A DNA stretch of 64,000 nt from Paramecium tetraurelia (Eukaryota): assembly GCA_000165425.1 (NCBI GenBank), contig CT868669.1, positions 248,001 to 312,000 of the forward strand, in the 5' to 3' direction. The notes beneath the pieces were generated by a model. The model was not told the origin of the DNA, searched no databases, and was given only the letters and a program-made list of their open reading frames with translations. Positions 30,718 to 44,018 of the stretch are shown here, in pieces. The translations under genes and the position numbers were made by a program. Numbering within the stretch: the first letter of the stretch is position 1; each line of letters opens with the position of its first letter.

Positions 30718-33700
30718 ATGAATTTGATTTCATCATTTATTTTTGTTGCTTTACTAACAACTCCTTGTTTTTAGAAATGCAGCTAGAAGATAGATGCATT
30801 GACTATCTATGCCACAAAAGATGAGCGATTGAATTGGAATTTGGTCGATGAATTTTTTAGTGGGGCAGGGTTGACATTCTCTTTAAGTGATACCCAACAG
30901 AACTAGTTCAAGATAATAGATCCGGTAGAAAACACAGGAGGTTCTGCTCCATATATCGAACGTATTTAAAAGTTATGAAGTGTTAGCTGCCTAAAAGATT
31001 GTATCATCAAGAGCACTAAAGTCAAACAAATATTGGGTGAATTCATTCGTGTTTTTAAACAAGGGAACGACCTCAATAACATTGGGAATAGCCGAAGGGT
31101 ATTATAGATTTATATATGTAATAGTGAGGCAGGTCAGAATGTGGAGGCTCCAAAATTTGATGAGGTCATAACTTTGAACTAAATAACAGACGGATTAGAT
31201 TGTTATGATTTGGAATACATCGCTGAGAAGACCTTTATTGTGGATTGTTCAAAGGTGGTTAAGAATGAAGTCAAGAATGTGTTATATTATGTGAATAATG
31301 GAGATTCTTTTGAATACTTGGTGGAGGATGCATTAATAGAAGCCCACCATGGCCGTTTATTGGGCTAATACAAAGTAAAAGGATAGGGTGGAAAGGAATT
31401 CAGGTATTTGGTAAGAGCAACTCCATCATATTCGATTTCACAAGATGGAACTTTGAGTGGAGACTCATTATTGGAGGTTTACCTGTTGAATGATATGGGC
31501 TAACCCTCCTATACAGGATATGTATTGGATGGAGTAACAATGGGTTTTTTGTTGGATAAATTCTATGATTTTGAGTTTAACATCGTGGATATGAAGGTGT
31601 TGGAAAATGGAGATATTTATTTGTTGGATGCTTAATATGGAGTACTTATAGTAAACTTCGTTCCAAATGGTACATTCTCATTGAAGAAATAAATTGATAT
31701 TGGAATGGGTTTTGCTTATGCATTCGATAGAAACATATTCTTGAGAAGAGACGGCACTTACACAGAGAACATAGCTGTATTAGGATATGGATTTGTTGAA
31801 TTGATCGTCAATGGTGTATTGACATCAGAATACAAATTGCCAGAGGGAATTCATTACACATTCCCGGCTAATGTTGATTTGTCATAAGAGTTCGTGATTG
31901 TTAGACAAGATGATGCCACTTATCTTTTTGATATTGATGCAAAATCAAACGACTTGTTACAATTACAAGTGATTCAATAGACTAATTATGTTATGATTAA
32001 TCCATTCTTGCCAGATATGATAGTGTTGACTTTGGATCATGCTTACAGATACACCTTATCTTAGGGATATCTTCAATACAAAGGATCCGACGCTGTGTAA
32101 GAAAAGAAGATGATTGAAATCATAGCAACAAGTGCTGACTAAACTTGTAAGGTTCAATTAACATATCAGATTATTGAGAGTGATGATAAACAACTATATA
32201 AATACACTGATAGTCTCACTCCATTCCCAACTCAAATAACAGAAGACACTGAGCCATTCTAATTGAATGTGCTAACCAGTGGACCAAATGAGTAATACAA
32301 GCAAGTTGTGGAATTGAAAGATGATACAACTGCAGTAACAGTTACCTTAAGAACCTATTGGGAATTGAAATTCCCCATGGAATTACCCAAGGATTTATAA
32401 TTCCACGATGTTTTAGTCGGAACACAATCATCATATTTCTTCTTGGCTCAATAGAATAAGGATGGCAAATTAACCATTCTCAAGGCTACACATGATTCCA
32501 TCTTCAATGGCGATGCCACTTACGAGAAAGTATTTGACAGTGTGACTGTTGGTACTAAATTGACTAAATCAACATTCTAAATGTGGGAATGTGAATGTCC
32601 CAAATTCCACTTCGCTTATGTTGAGAACAATAATGTATACATGAAGGTCTACACCAATAATCAAGTGAAAGATATAAAGACAATCCCATTTGAGAACGGT
32701 GTTAGCATATTGTTCTTAAAGAATTATCTGTTCCTCTTGTAACACGGAACTGTCAGTGCATACACAGAACATGGAGACTTTGTTAAGTCTGTTGATTTGG
32801 ATTTATTGGTAGAATAAGGATACAAGGGAACATGGGCACCCAAGAAGATCTTTGGTAATAGAAAGTTAAGAGAAAATCTTATATTTGTGATTCATCAAGA
32901 TCACATCACTCTCATTGGATTTCCACACATCATACACCTTCATAAAACAAATTGACATTGATGAATCTGATAACATTGAATTGGCCATCGGTGCCGAAAC
33001 ATTCTTTGTCATTACTAATAAAATTGTAGAATACGATTTCGATAGATTGAATAACATCTATTAGACCAAAGTAGTCTAATTGTATAACTTTGAATTAGTC
33101 TGGCCACTTTTGGGTGATTTCTGTTCAGACACAGGTTATCTCTTTGTAGTTGCTAAAACTAAGACTTAATAACTTAATGAAGACACTGCTAAGAATCACA
33201 TCTTGGTCATTCAACCTAATACACTTCAACATGAAGCAGTTTTCTAAGCTCTCCCTGTTGAAGATGCACAATTGATCTCCACTTAAGGAACCTCAACCTA
33301 AATGTATGTCTATCTCCAAACCAAGACTCAAGCTCAGGTCTACTCTATGTTGACTAATCCTGTCTTAATTGTTGAACCATCCATCAATGATCCATAATTT
33401 GCTGCTTCAATCGATGTATCTCTAGAGATCTTCAATTTCGAGGATTCACCTTCTATCACTATCAAATAGCCTATCAAAGTCATCAATACTCAAACCAAAG
33501 TTTATGTAGACAAAACCAAATTCAAAGCAAACTCAATTGAAATAGACTCTAAGGATTATGCTAAAAAGGAAAAGAAATTAGGAACTGATTGGTTTAGTGG
33601 CCAAATCTCAGGATTCCAAATTACCTGTGATCAATGCAATAAGGCTACTAATGGAGTATAACTTACATAAACAGTCGAAAAAGCTAATGTTTAATTTTAC

Positions 33701-35079
33701 AAACCATACAAAATTAAATCCATCAATCACAATATTGCCTAAGCCAACGATGCTTTGATATTCTTAAATGATGATGACACCCAAAAGGATATTATTCCCT
33801 TGGATCTACCCAGTGAAGACTATCAATGTTTCGCATCTACCTACTCAGAGAACTATATCCTAAGTTTATGTCACGATGGAACTCAATACACCGTGTATGC
33901 CACCAGTGGTATTAGTTTGACAGGTTGGTTCCCTGTGGGTGAAGTATTGAAGTTAGGCAAACTAACCAAAAAAATATAGATACTTCAAAATGACTTCTTA
34001 ATTGTTTTGGACAACCAATCATTTGCTATTTCCAAGATCAACATGGAGAATGATAATTGGGAATTAGATGAAGAATACGTAATCAATTTAAGTCAAATTC
34101 AAACTCAATATGAAGACCTTTTAACATTCACCCCCAATGATTTCCTTGTCACTGCAGTCAATAAAGTTGATGATATCTAACATTACAAAGTACTTATTAC
34201 AAGTGGTGAAGGTGTCTTCTTCTAAGATTTCTACTTCTAGGATTAAACTTTAGTAACAGTCAACTTAGAGTATGTTAATTTGTCAGCTGAATTACTTAAA
34301 ATTAAACAATACGCTATATCTAGTACACAATACTTGTTGGTCAAAGAATTAGCAGCATTTGAGGCTAACACCTTGAATGTTTTCATTTAAACTAGCAACG
34401 TCGTTCAATATGGTCTGAAGATTAAATTTGCTACTAAGGAAGGATAAACCTATTTGACCTACTCAGGATTAGAGACCTAGTTCTTGTTGAATAGATATGG
34501 TAATTGGAATATTGTTAGAAATGTGGCTGTGTCCAAGAGTTATGCTGCAATTCCATATTCAAGCTTCGACAAGTACATTGTAGCCATTTATCCTATTGGA
34601 GAATCCACAAAGCCAACTACAGCAATTGGAAGTTTCAGTTTCACCGCTGATGCTTTAACATTTAACCCATTAAATTTCGGTTTATTCTTTAGAAATGAAA
34701 AATTATATGCTAATTCACCAACCAGCGACACAGAATAATATTCCATAAATGCAGAACCTGAATTGACATTCATCCAAACAGCTGAGTTCCCATTAAAATC
34801 TGAAAAGATAGTCATCAAGGTTGGAAATGATTTCAGTACTTCTCAAGTCGATTTCGATTTGAAGATAACAGTCAAGCCAGATCCTCCTGGTCCTGGTCCT
34901 GATCCTGACCCTAAACCCGAACCTGAAGAAAGGTATAATCTTATAATTATCATAGCTCCAAATTATGGTGGATCATTTTGAGTATTGTTGGTGGAGTTCT
35001 ATTGATTGGAGCTATAGGATTTGTTATTTATCGTATGAAAAAGAAGAGAGATGGTGATGATTATGATTCAATGAATTGA
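30718..35079 (+). CDS. Large type I membrane/surface protein (~1400 aa)
   Basis: N-terminal signal peptide MNLISSFIFVALLTTPCF, long ectodomain, Pro-rich linker KPDPPGPGPDPDPKPEPEE, TM WWIILSIVGGVLLIGAIGFVIY, short tail RMKKKRDGDDYDSMN*. Confidence 0.88.
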
Positions 35080-35316
35080 AAAATTGTATTCATATTAAGA
35101 ATTATAAACAATTAATAATAAAAATCATATTAATATTAATATGCAAATGACGAATTCTTATTCTAATCAAAAGATTAAGAAAAAATTGTAAAAGATTTAA
35201 GTAATAAGATAATTTTTGGATTAAAAATATCTCAATAATTATTTTACATCAGTATTGAAACTTATTTTAAATGATGACTTATTACTATTTAAATGAAAAT
35301 ATATTAGATATATATA

Positions 35317-36003
35317 TCATTGTTATGCACACTCTAAATCACCTTCTTTAGGTTTCTTCTTGTTTAATTTATCAAATTCCTGTCTAATCTAATATTCTCT
35401 CTCTAGTATCTGATCTGGTTTTGGGTACTAAAATATAAATAAATAAGGATTCATTACAGACACAATAAGAGTATTATTCTTGTAAACATGAGTAACCTTC
35501 CCCTATTCGAGCTTGAGATTTGCTCTCCTCATATCAGGTATTGCAAATCTTTTGTAATATTTTTTATTTGTTGTTTTGATCACAATTTCTTGAGTTTTTT
35601 CATCAATTTCCATTTGATAAACATCTTCTGGATAACTCAGATTACGAACTCTAAATTAGAAGTGCTGAGGAGTATCTTTCCTTAAAAATATAGGCTTTAT
35701 TTAGGATAATGCTTACATTTGTATTGGATAATTTCAATTCGCTTTATTGATCGATTGGAGCTTCGCCAACTTCATAAACCCATTATGATTCTTTAATATT
35801 AGATACCTTTTTCCATTTTCTAGCTGTTATTTACTTATTATTCAAAATTTACTAATTAATTCATGATTGTTGATATCATATTCCTCAACAAGTTCACTTT
35901 TATCTTCGAATGTGTAATTTACTCTTCTCCTTCCTCCTGCAATGACTGAAGTGATATGTGGTTTCCCAACAAATTAGAGATATTGATTATTTTGGGATTG
36001 CAT
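35317..36003 (-). CDS. DPCD: DPCD family protein
   Basis: GRRRVNYTFEDKSELVEEYD..RKWK..WVYEVGE..NPIFLRKDT..FQFRVRNLSYPEDVY..IVIKTTNKKYYKRFAIPDM..NNTLIVSYPKP. Confidence 0.9.
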
Positions 36004-36113
36004 CTCTATTTAAATATTTATAATATCAATGATAATAATAAGAATAAGAAGTAAATGTAAAACAATTATACTTTTTTTTGTATATTAAGTATAGAATAAT
36101 ATAAAACCAAGTA

Positions 36114-38026
36114 TCAAATATCAAGTTATTTTATCTTATTTCTGATTTCGATGTAGTGTCCAAAGGTGAGACGTACAGGTTTGCCATCAGCAATTTATTC
36201 GATTTTAGAATCAACAGCGAATCCATAGTGATCTTCGAAACACTCTTGAATGAGTGATGCTAATTAAAAGTATGTTATCAAGTAATCCAATAGTATTACA
36301 CCTCCTTCGATATCCAATGGCAATAATTATTGGGTATCTTGAAAGTTAATCTTTTATTCGAGTTAATATTAAATCTCTTTGATTGCACTTCTGAGAATGG
36401 AGTTGAGAATAATATAAAAAGATTCATACTCAGTAAAATTGTCATCAAAGACAGCATCAAACTTTTTGTCAACAACCAAGAGTTATTTTTATTCTGGATT
36501 CTGTAGACATAACCAGACTGTATTAAATTGCAAGGTATACTTTTGGTAATATTAGTTGATTGCTCCACTCAACTTACCAAACTAAGGATTCTAGATATAC
36601 TCTTAGAATTTATCTAAATTCAGAGTATTATGACCCTCAATGAATTCTTAGAGATTATTCGTCTTTATCATTATGTTCTTGTTAACTAGAAACAACAATT
36701 TCTCTCTCAAATATGGAGTAAAAGCGAATTCGATACTTATCAATTAAAGCCGCTACTCTATATAAGTATCTGCAAAAGTTCATTTAAGCTACGATAATGT
36801 AATCATTCTTTTTGTTTACATTCCATTCCTCCTCTCTCTAACTACAGTATTCTTGATTCATAGATTAATTCATCTTGGGACTCCTTCCTTGATTCTTGGA
36901 CTCTTTTAATCGATTTAAGTGGCTGTTACTAAATACAGCCTTGCTATTATCTAGGTATTGAAGATGTATTTTCTTTTCCATAATTGCTCTCCCTTGGTTA
37001 CATTAAGATCTACTATTTATTATGAGCATCCCCTAGAGGAGAAGTAGTAGTGACACAACCATTACTTTAGATATTGTGAAATTGAATGTGATTTTACTAA
37101 CCGCCATGACTTGCCTCTAAAAATACCCTAAAATCCATTCCCTTTAATCACTTGCAATTCTTATCTTTGTAACCAGACATGTCTTTCTAATTCTTCAATT
37201 GTAGCCCTTCTGTTCTCATCAACTACCAGACATCTCTGAATGAAATCTCTGCATTCATCTGAAATTTATCCTGGGAAATTCACAGGAACAGTAGCCATCC
37301 TTTAAGCCAATTCTCTTTCAGTCCCTGCTTGCCATGGAACTTACCCAAATAGTAATTCAAATAAACTAACACCCAAAGCCCAAATATCAGATTTTTCAGA
37401 ATATCTATTCTTAAAAGCCTGAGGACTCATGTACAATGGTGATCCTACATTAACATTGGGCATGGTGGTAACAGTCTAAGGAGTAGTTGCAAATCCAAAA
37501 TCTGCTATCTTAGGAACTTGTCCTTTCAGTAGAATATTGGCTGGTTTGAGATCTCTATGCACAATACCTAGAATTGGAGACTATAATTACCCTTTTGCTT
37601 CATCTATTTATATCCCTATATTATGCCATAGAACAACCTTTGTAACTATGGTTCTTTTTATGTCCCCTATTTAGTTATTAAGGATCCCAAATCACCAGAA
37701 TCACAATACTCTGTTATTAGATAGGTGTTGTTCTCAGTTTAATACACCTTATACAATCTCATGATATTATTGGAGTTTAGTTGCGATAATGCTTCCACTT
37801 CTGATTTCAATAGTTGATGATGCAAAGGTGTTTTAAGTCCCTTTTTATCAATAACCTTTATTGCAACAATTTCATTGGTTTCATCGTTCCTACCTTTGTA
37901 CACTACAGAACTGAAGCCCTTTCCGATTGCATCTGTAAGTGCATAGCTGAAGTTTTCAATAACTTTTCTAGCATTATGCGGAATGGGTGTCATTGGCATC
38001 TACCTTTATTGCTGTTAAACCAACAT
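36114..38026 (-). CDS. Ser/Thr protein kinase, ULK/Atg1-like
   Basis: [52 protein letters not shown]; helical C-terminal extension. Confidence 0.88.
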
Positions 38027-38144
38027 TGTAGTTTATTTTTTAATTTTTAATTTCAACTGTAAAAGAACAAAATAATATATTAAAAAACACACTTATTATA
38101 CAACTCGACTAATGAACATAAAAATGTATAAACGAACTCCAAAA

Positions 38145-39987
38145 TCATTTCAGACATTTTTCTTATAATAGGTCTTTGTATTTAGATGTTCCTTCTAGAC
38201 CATCATCCAGAATCAACCTAAAGAGATTTGTTGAACTAATCTTGATGTTTGGTTCCAGTCTGCTATAATACGCTTAATGAATCTCCTAGCCCATTTTCGG
38301 ATTTACTAAATCCTGTAATCTTGATTTCCCTTTCGATAATTTCTCTACGACCTTATCAATGATCTTTCTAAATCTTATATATCTACTTCTCAAATAGGCA
38401 TTGGATATTTCAACCATGTCTTAGACCATTTTTGTATGTTGTTTCAGTCTTGCCTCGGTAGTCTTGAGAGTCTATGGATTGTAATTGATCTCCATTATGT
38501 AGAGTTTAAGATCATCTGTCAAAATGAAGTCAGCAGCAAAGAACTCCCCTAATTTGCTATCTTTGGCAAATGTCTATTGTGTGCTTCTGATAGCATGAAT
38601 AATCATTCTATCAATTTAAGGTAACAATTCCTTTTTTAACCATTTTCTATTTTTGATTTTACTCTGATTCAGCAATAGTTCTTGTAGGTAATCAAGTTTC
38701 CAATCAATATAAAGATCTTCAGAATTGGAATTGTTAACTGTACCATTCGCATTGATATTCTCAGATTTGTTGTTGTTCATAGTAGTAGCTTCATCATTGT
38801 CATCATCATCATTCTCATCCTATTCTTGAGATTCGTTTATCATAGATTACAAAGTCTTCTTAACTATTGCTGTGTTACAAACGTGAGCTCCTTTGAGCGT
38901 TGAGAATTTATCATATGGATAAATACATCTTCTTATAAGTGTTTTATCATATGCATATGCAATCAAGGGATTCGTGGATGCTATAATCCAATAAACTCTA
39001 AATTCTATTTTATGTCCCTTAAATAATTAAGGATTTCCTATATATTGTTAGGCGACTCTATAAGTTTTAATTTATCCACAAACCTAACCATTCTGAAATT
39101 TGTCCTTCAACTCCTCAGTTTCTTAAGGAAACATCATTGTAATGCCTCTTCCTCTATGAACCTCTAATCCCATCTTTACAATAAATTAAGGACCTTCTAT
39201 TTTCACTTTATCTTGATACTCTGTTGAATTCAAATAATTGAAAAATTGCTTGCATTCAGACTCTTCAAAAAGTCTGTAAGTTTTAGGAAGAAAAGTGGCA
39301 TTGTTCTAAATTAAATTAAATCTATTACTAAACAATCTTCATCCAAGCCTTTATTTTTAATATCATTTAAATAATTGAGTTGATTGGTCATTAATTGATT
39401 TTTGTGGGATAAGGAGGATCTTTGAGGGAGATGGTTATAATTTTGGAACAGACATAATGAACCTATTCTGAATCGGGAAATAATATACTCTGTCCCACTT
39501 TAAAGGAGAATAGCAATTAATCATAATAAGTCTATGGCAAAGTTAGTTATAAAGGAAATTTATATTTATGAGGTACTAAATATGGAAATCTGGATACTCT
39601 CTTTGTTTCTTTTGTAAAGTGTCACATTTGGCAATATGTCGAAATAGTGTTGCTGAAGTGCCTACTTTATAAGACCCGATGACTCGCGAAATGTGTAAGT
39701 GTCCTTCATAATGGCATCTGGATGATAATATTTATATGAGTCTGATTGAATGCAATAATCATGTTGAGGTTACACAAGAAGTGAATTGAACTACTTAGGA
39801 AATAATTAGTTACTTATCTATCAAATGATTGGGAATTATAATAATTTTATGCTATAAACTTATTCAAGAAGCCAATAAATATTTCAACATCCTTTTGTTA
39901 TTTATAACTGACTATTTCTGTGTACAATAAACCTATGAATGTTAATGATAGCGAAGAAACTAACAATGTGATTATATTTACAATCAT
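38145..39987 (-). CDS. Tubulin-tyrosine-ligase (TTL/TTLL) family ATP-grasp protein with N-terminal hydrophobic anchor
   Basis: YNHLP..LSHK, FLPKTYRL, FIVK..HRGRGI, AQQYIGNP, KIEFRVY, AHVCNTAI, EFFAADFILTDDLKLYIMEINYNP. Confidence 0.88.
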
Positions 39988-40208
39988 AAAATAATTCACT
40001 AATAATATTTAATATAAATAAAAATGTCTATATCAGCTATCAACATAACATGGTTAATATCTTCTTAGAAGAAATAGATTCAATTGTAAAATTGATAGGT
40101 TGATTAATTGAAAATGGGAATGTTAAGTAAAAATATAACAGCAATGATTAATGTTACCCTCATTTTAAATGATGTTTCTATTATACATTTAATAATTAAA
40201 ATTAACAT

Positions 40209-40499
40209 ATGAACCCCTTAACAAACTGTCCAACCCACCACAATGAGCCTACAAGCTCTCAATAATAGCCTAATTCTAATGAACCAACGAATCCAGATAA
40301 TAAGAATTAGTCTGAACATCTCTAACAACCAAATGCACCAAAAGCACAAACTCAAAATTAACTTTTGGATCCAAAGAAGTAAGCTTTCATACTAACTTTA
40401 ATTAGAAGCCTTAATTATCCAACCATTTTGACACCACAAAAGCGTCTTTTGAATGATTCTGATTATTACGACGAATAGAAATTTAGAGATTGGTGGTGA
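40209..40499 (+). CDS. Short hypothetical Q/N/P-rich protein (3' end uncertain)
   Basis: MNPLTNCPTHHNEPTSS...; one 27-nt intron; TGA at 40497. Confidence 0.45.
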
Positions 40500-40909
40500 T
40501 AGATGAGTTGAATCAAAATCAATTCAACATTAAATCCTAGCCCTTAAGGAATGATAAACAAAAAAAATATTAAAATAAAACAATACCATTAAATAATATA
40601 TTACAGGGAGAAGGTCCTCTAAATTCTTTGCTGCACTCTTTGTAATGGAAATTCTCTCACAATATTTATCAACTTTAAGTTATAAATTGTGGAAATTTAT
40701 TTTGTCTAATTTTCAATTTAAAAATCAAGTGCAACTGTAGAGTATCAAATAATTAAATTAAACAAGCTAAATTATTAGAGAAACTCTTGAGCAAGTTAAT
40801 TTTTTCAAAAGGAATGAGAAATAATATTAAGTACTATTTGATCAAACCTCGAATCAATTGTTTTTTGTTTTATATTAATTGTTAAATATTATCTATTTTT
40901 ACTGATAAG

Positions 40910-42087
40910 ATGCTTATTATCGGACCTTGTTAATCATACTAATCAATCAAATTACTTGGTTCAGGTTCCTTTGGTCATGTTTTTTTGGTCAAAGAACTAA
41001 ATACTAAATAAGAATATGCTTGCAAAATTGTAATGCTATGCTCTTACTCTTAGATTTCTAAGGTCCATATTGAAAAATACGATGCCAGTTCCATGATATA
41101 CAACGAAATCAAGATTCACACCTCTTGCAATCACAAAAACATCGTCAGACTGTATTCCTACTGGGAGGATAATAAGAATATTTATATACTTCTTGAATAC
41201 CTGAGCAAAGGTCATCTAATTGATCCAAAAACACCCTTCAATGATGACGATGTTTTTCAAGTATTCCACCAGATTCTCGAGGGAGTCAATTATTTACATT
41301 AAAACAACATCATTCACAGAGATTTGAAAGTAAGTTTAAGATCTAAACAAGTTTGAAAATATTTTAATTCATGAAGATGGTACTTTGAAATTGTGTGATT
41401 TTGGTTGGGCTATTAAGGTTGATCAGCTACCAGTTCCAAATGTAATGTGTGGAACTACTGAATACATGCCGCCAGAAGTTGTATCGAAATCTTGTCTTGA
41501 TTTCAAGTTAGATAGTTGGTCATTAGGAGTTATTTTATTTGTACTTATTTATTTTATAGTAGGTTTTATTATATGGTAAATTCCCATTCTTAGGAGAAAA
41601 TCAAGATTAGTTGATAAGAAACATTTTATTTGACTAATTGATAATACCAAGAAGGAATGACATCAACGAAGATCTAACTAATTTAATTTAAGCATTATTA
41701 ATTAAGAATTCACAACTAAGACCAAGTATCGAATAGGTTTATTTATGTAAATGGATGAAATTCAACATGAAATTACATAACATTTTTAATCATTACGAAA
41801 ATGAGTAGCTCAAACAAAAGGTGAAGTAAAAGAATATCTCTTTAAAGGTAGTAAATAACTCACTCTTGTACTATTTATTTATTATAATTAGCTCCACTCC
41901 AAATAAAAAGATGGTTAGCTCTCATTATGTTGAATCTAAAAATGATGAAGATAATAATCCAACAGCATTTGGAAAAACTCACAATAGTTGTAGGACTATC
42001 AAATCTGTATCGACAAACCCTTCTCCGTAAATTCCTCAAATGGAAAAATTTTTTAATTTCATAGAAAATATGAAAAAATAATGGTGA
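40910..42087 (+). CDS. Ser/Thr protein kinase, Aurora-like
   Basis: LGSGSFGHVFL, EIKIHTSCNHKNIVRLY, HRDLK, LKLCDFGWA, MCGTTEYMPPE, DSWSLG. Confidence 0.9.
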
Positions 42088-42144
42088 TTATTTCAATTTA
42101 CTAAAGAGTAATATGTTATTAAGTTAATTTAAATTACACATATA

Positions 42145-42592
42145 TCATTTAACTCTCTTTTAGAACTATTGATCATCTTCCCAATCAATCTCATCACATT
42201 TTGGTTGTGTATCAATTTTTTTAAAGGAACAAGCAGGGTGCTTTTGAACTTGAACTGGGGGGTGGTTGATCTGTTTGCTTTATTTTAATAATAGAGACAC
42301 TGATTATAAATCAGCATCCTCATTTTATTAATCCAATTTCATTTAAATATCCATAAGATGAACAGATCCATTTTCCTTTACTTCAAGCTTTATCTATTGT
42401 AATTCTGGAATGATTTTAATTCTTAGGGGCATTTAAGAGATTTTCTATGTAAAAAATATATTGACACTTGATTCAACGAGGCTAAGACTTTTCCATTCAT
42501 TACTCCAGTAAAGTTGGTTCCCTTAACCAAAACTGCTTAGGGGAATATAAATTAATCATGATCAGCTACCTACTTAATAGTTTATTTCCCAT
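42145..42592 (-). CDS. Short hypothetical protein (exon structure at 5' end unresolved)
   Basis: Open 3' frame ending ..CDEIDWEDDQQFQKRVK*; MGNK-type start at 42592 needs an uncertain intron. Confidence 0.4.
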
Positions 42593-42627
42593 AAAAAATA
42601 TTTATTTATTAATATTTTCATTGAAGG

Positions 42628-43871
42628 TCATTGTGTTAGCTGTCTGCCTATTAACCACTTTCTAATTTCATTTGTGCCTGCAGCAATCTCATAGAGTTTG
42701 GAATCAAGCATGATTCTGCCTACTGGATACTCCTTTGTGTATCCATTCCCGCCTAAACATTGGATGGCTTCTAATCCTACTTGAGTGGCATTAGCAGAAG
42801 TATAATAAATCAAAGCAGCGCAATCCTAGGATGAGTTGAATATATTTACAGTATTTGTAATATTGCCCTAATCAACAGCTCTAGCAACACTATATAGCAT
42901 AGCTCTACTTGCTTGTAGAGTAGTGTACATTTCAGCTAGCTTTTATTACATCATTTGAAATTAACCAATCTTTTTACCAAATTATTCTCTAGTGTTACAA
43001 TAATCTCTTGAAATATCAAAGGCAGCTTGCATCAATCCAACTGGGCCTGCTGCCAAGACTAATCTTTCATAATCTAATCCACTCATTAAAACATAGACTC
43101 CTTAGTTAACCTCTCCTAAAACATTCTCGGCTGGTATTTCAACGTTATCAAAATAAATCGGTCCTGTATCGGAGCATTTCATTCCAATTTTATCAAGTTT
43201 TTTTCCTTTTGAGAACCCTTTCATATTAGCTTCAACAATAAAAGCAGTGATTCCATGTTGTTTCTTTTCTGGTTCGGTCTTTGCATAAACAATGAGGATA
43301 TCAGATATGGGACCATTGGTAATCCACATCTTACTTCCATTTAGGATGTATTTGTCTCCTACTTTTTTTGCCGTTGATTTCATTGATACGACATCTGATC
43401 CAGCATTAGGCTCACTCATTGCAAGAGATCCCACCCATTCTCCTGAACACAATTTAGGAAGATATTTCTTCTTCTAAAACTCATTTCCATGTCTTTCAAG
43501 TTGAGCTACTATCAAAGCACTATGAGCTGAATAACTCAACCCAATTCCTCCTGAGGCTCTACTGATTTCTTCTAGGATCATACAGTGAGCAGAATAGGAT
43601 AATCCAGACCCTCCATAAGCAGCTAAGTTAATCATGATAAATGCTTACGATTAACAGTGGCACCCAATAGTCCCAAGTCTCCCATCTTCCTCCATAGATG
43701 AGGAGGGAATTTACCTTCTTCATCGGCTTTATCTGCCAATGGAGCTACCTCCTCATTTGCAAATTTTGCTACATGTGACCGTAACTCCTCAACTTCTGGT
43801 GGAAGATTGGCAATGAAGTTAAAATTAAGGAGTGAAAATGAAGCTCTTAGTTTGCCGAGTTTTTATAGCAT
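42628..43871 (-). CDS. IVD: Isovaleryl-CoA dehydrogenase, mitochondrial
   Basis: [106 protein letters not shown]. Confidence 0.93.
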
Positions 43872-44018
43872 ATTTTAATAATTTGATAATGTTGCATATC
43901 ATTTAATTTACATATCATTTGAATGTATCAATTTATAATATTAATTTTATAATATTAATTCCAAATAATATTATAAAATTTTTTGCATATTTTATCATCA
44001 ATGAGGATAAAAAGAATA

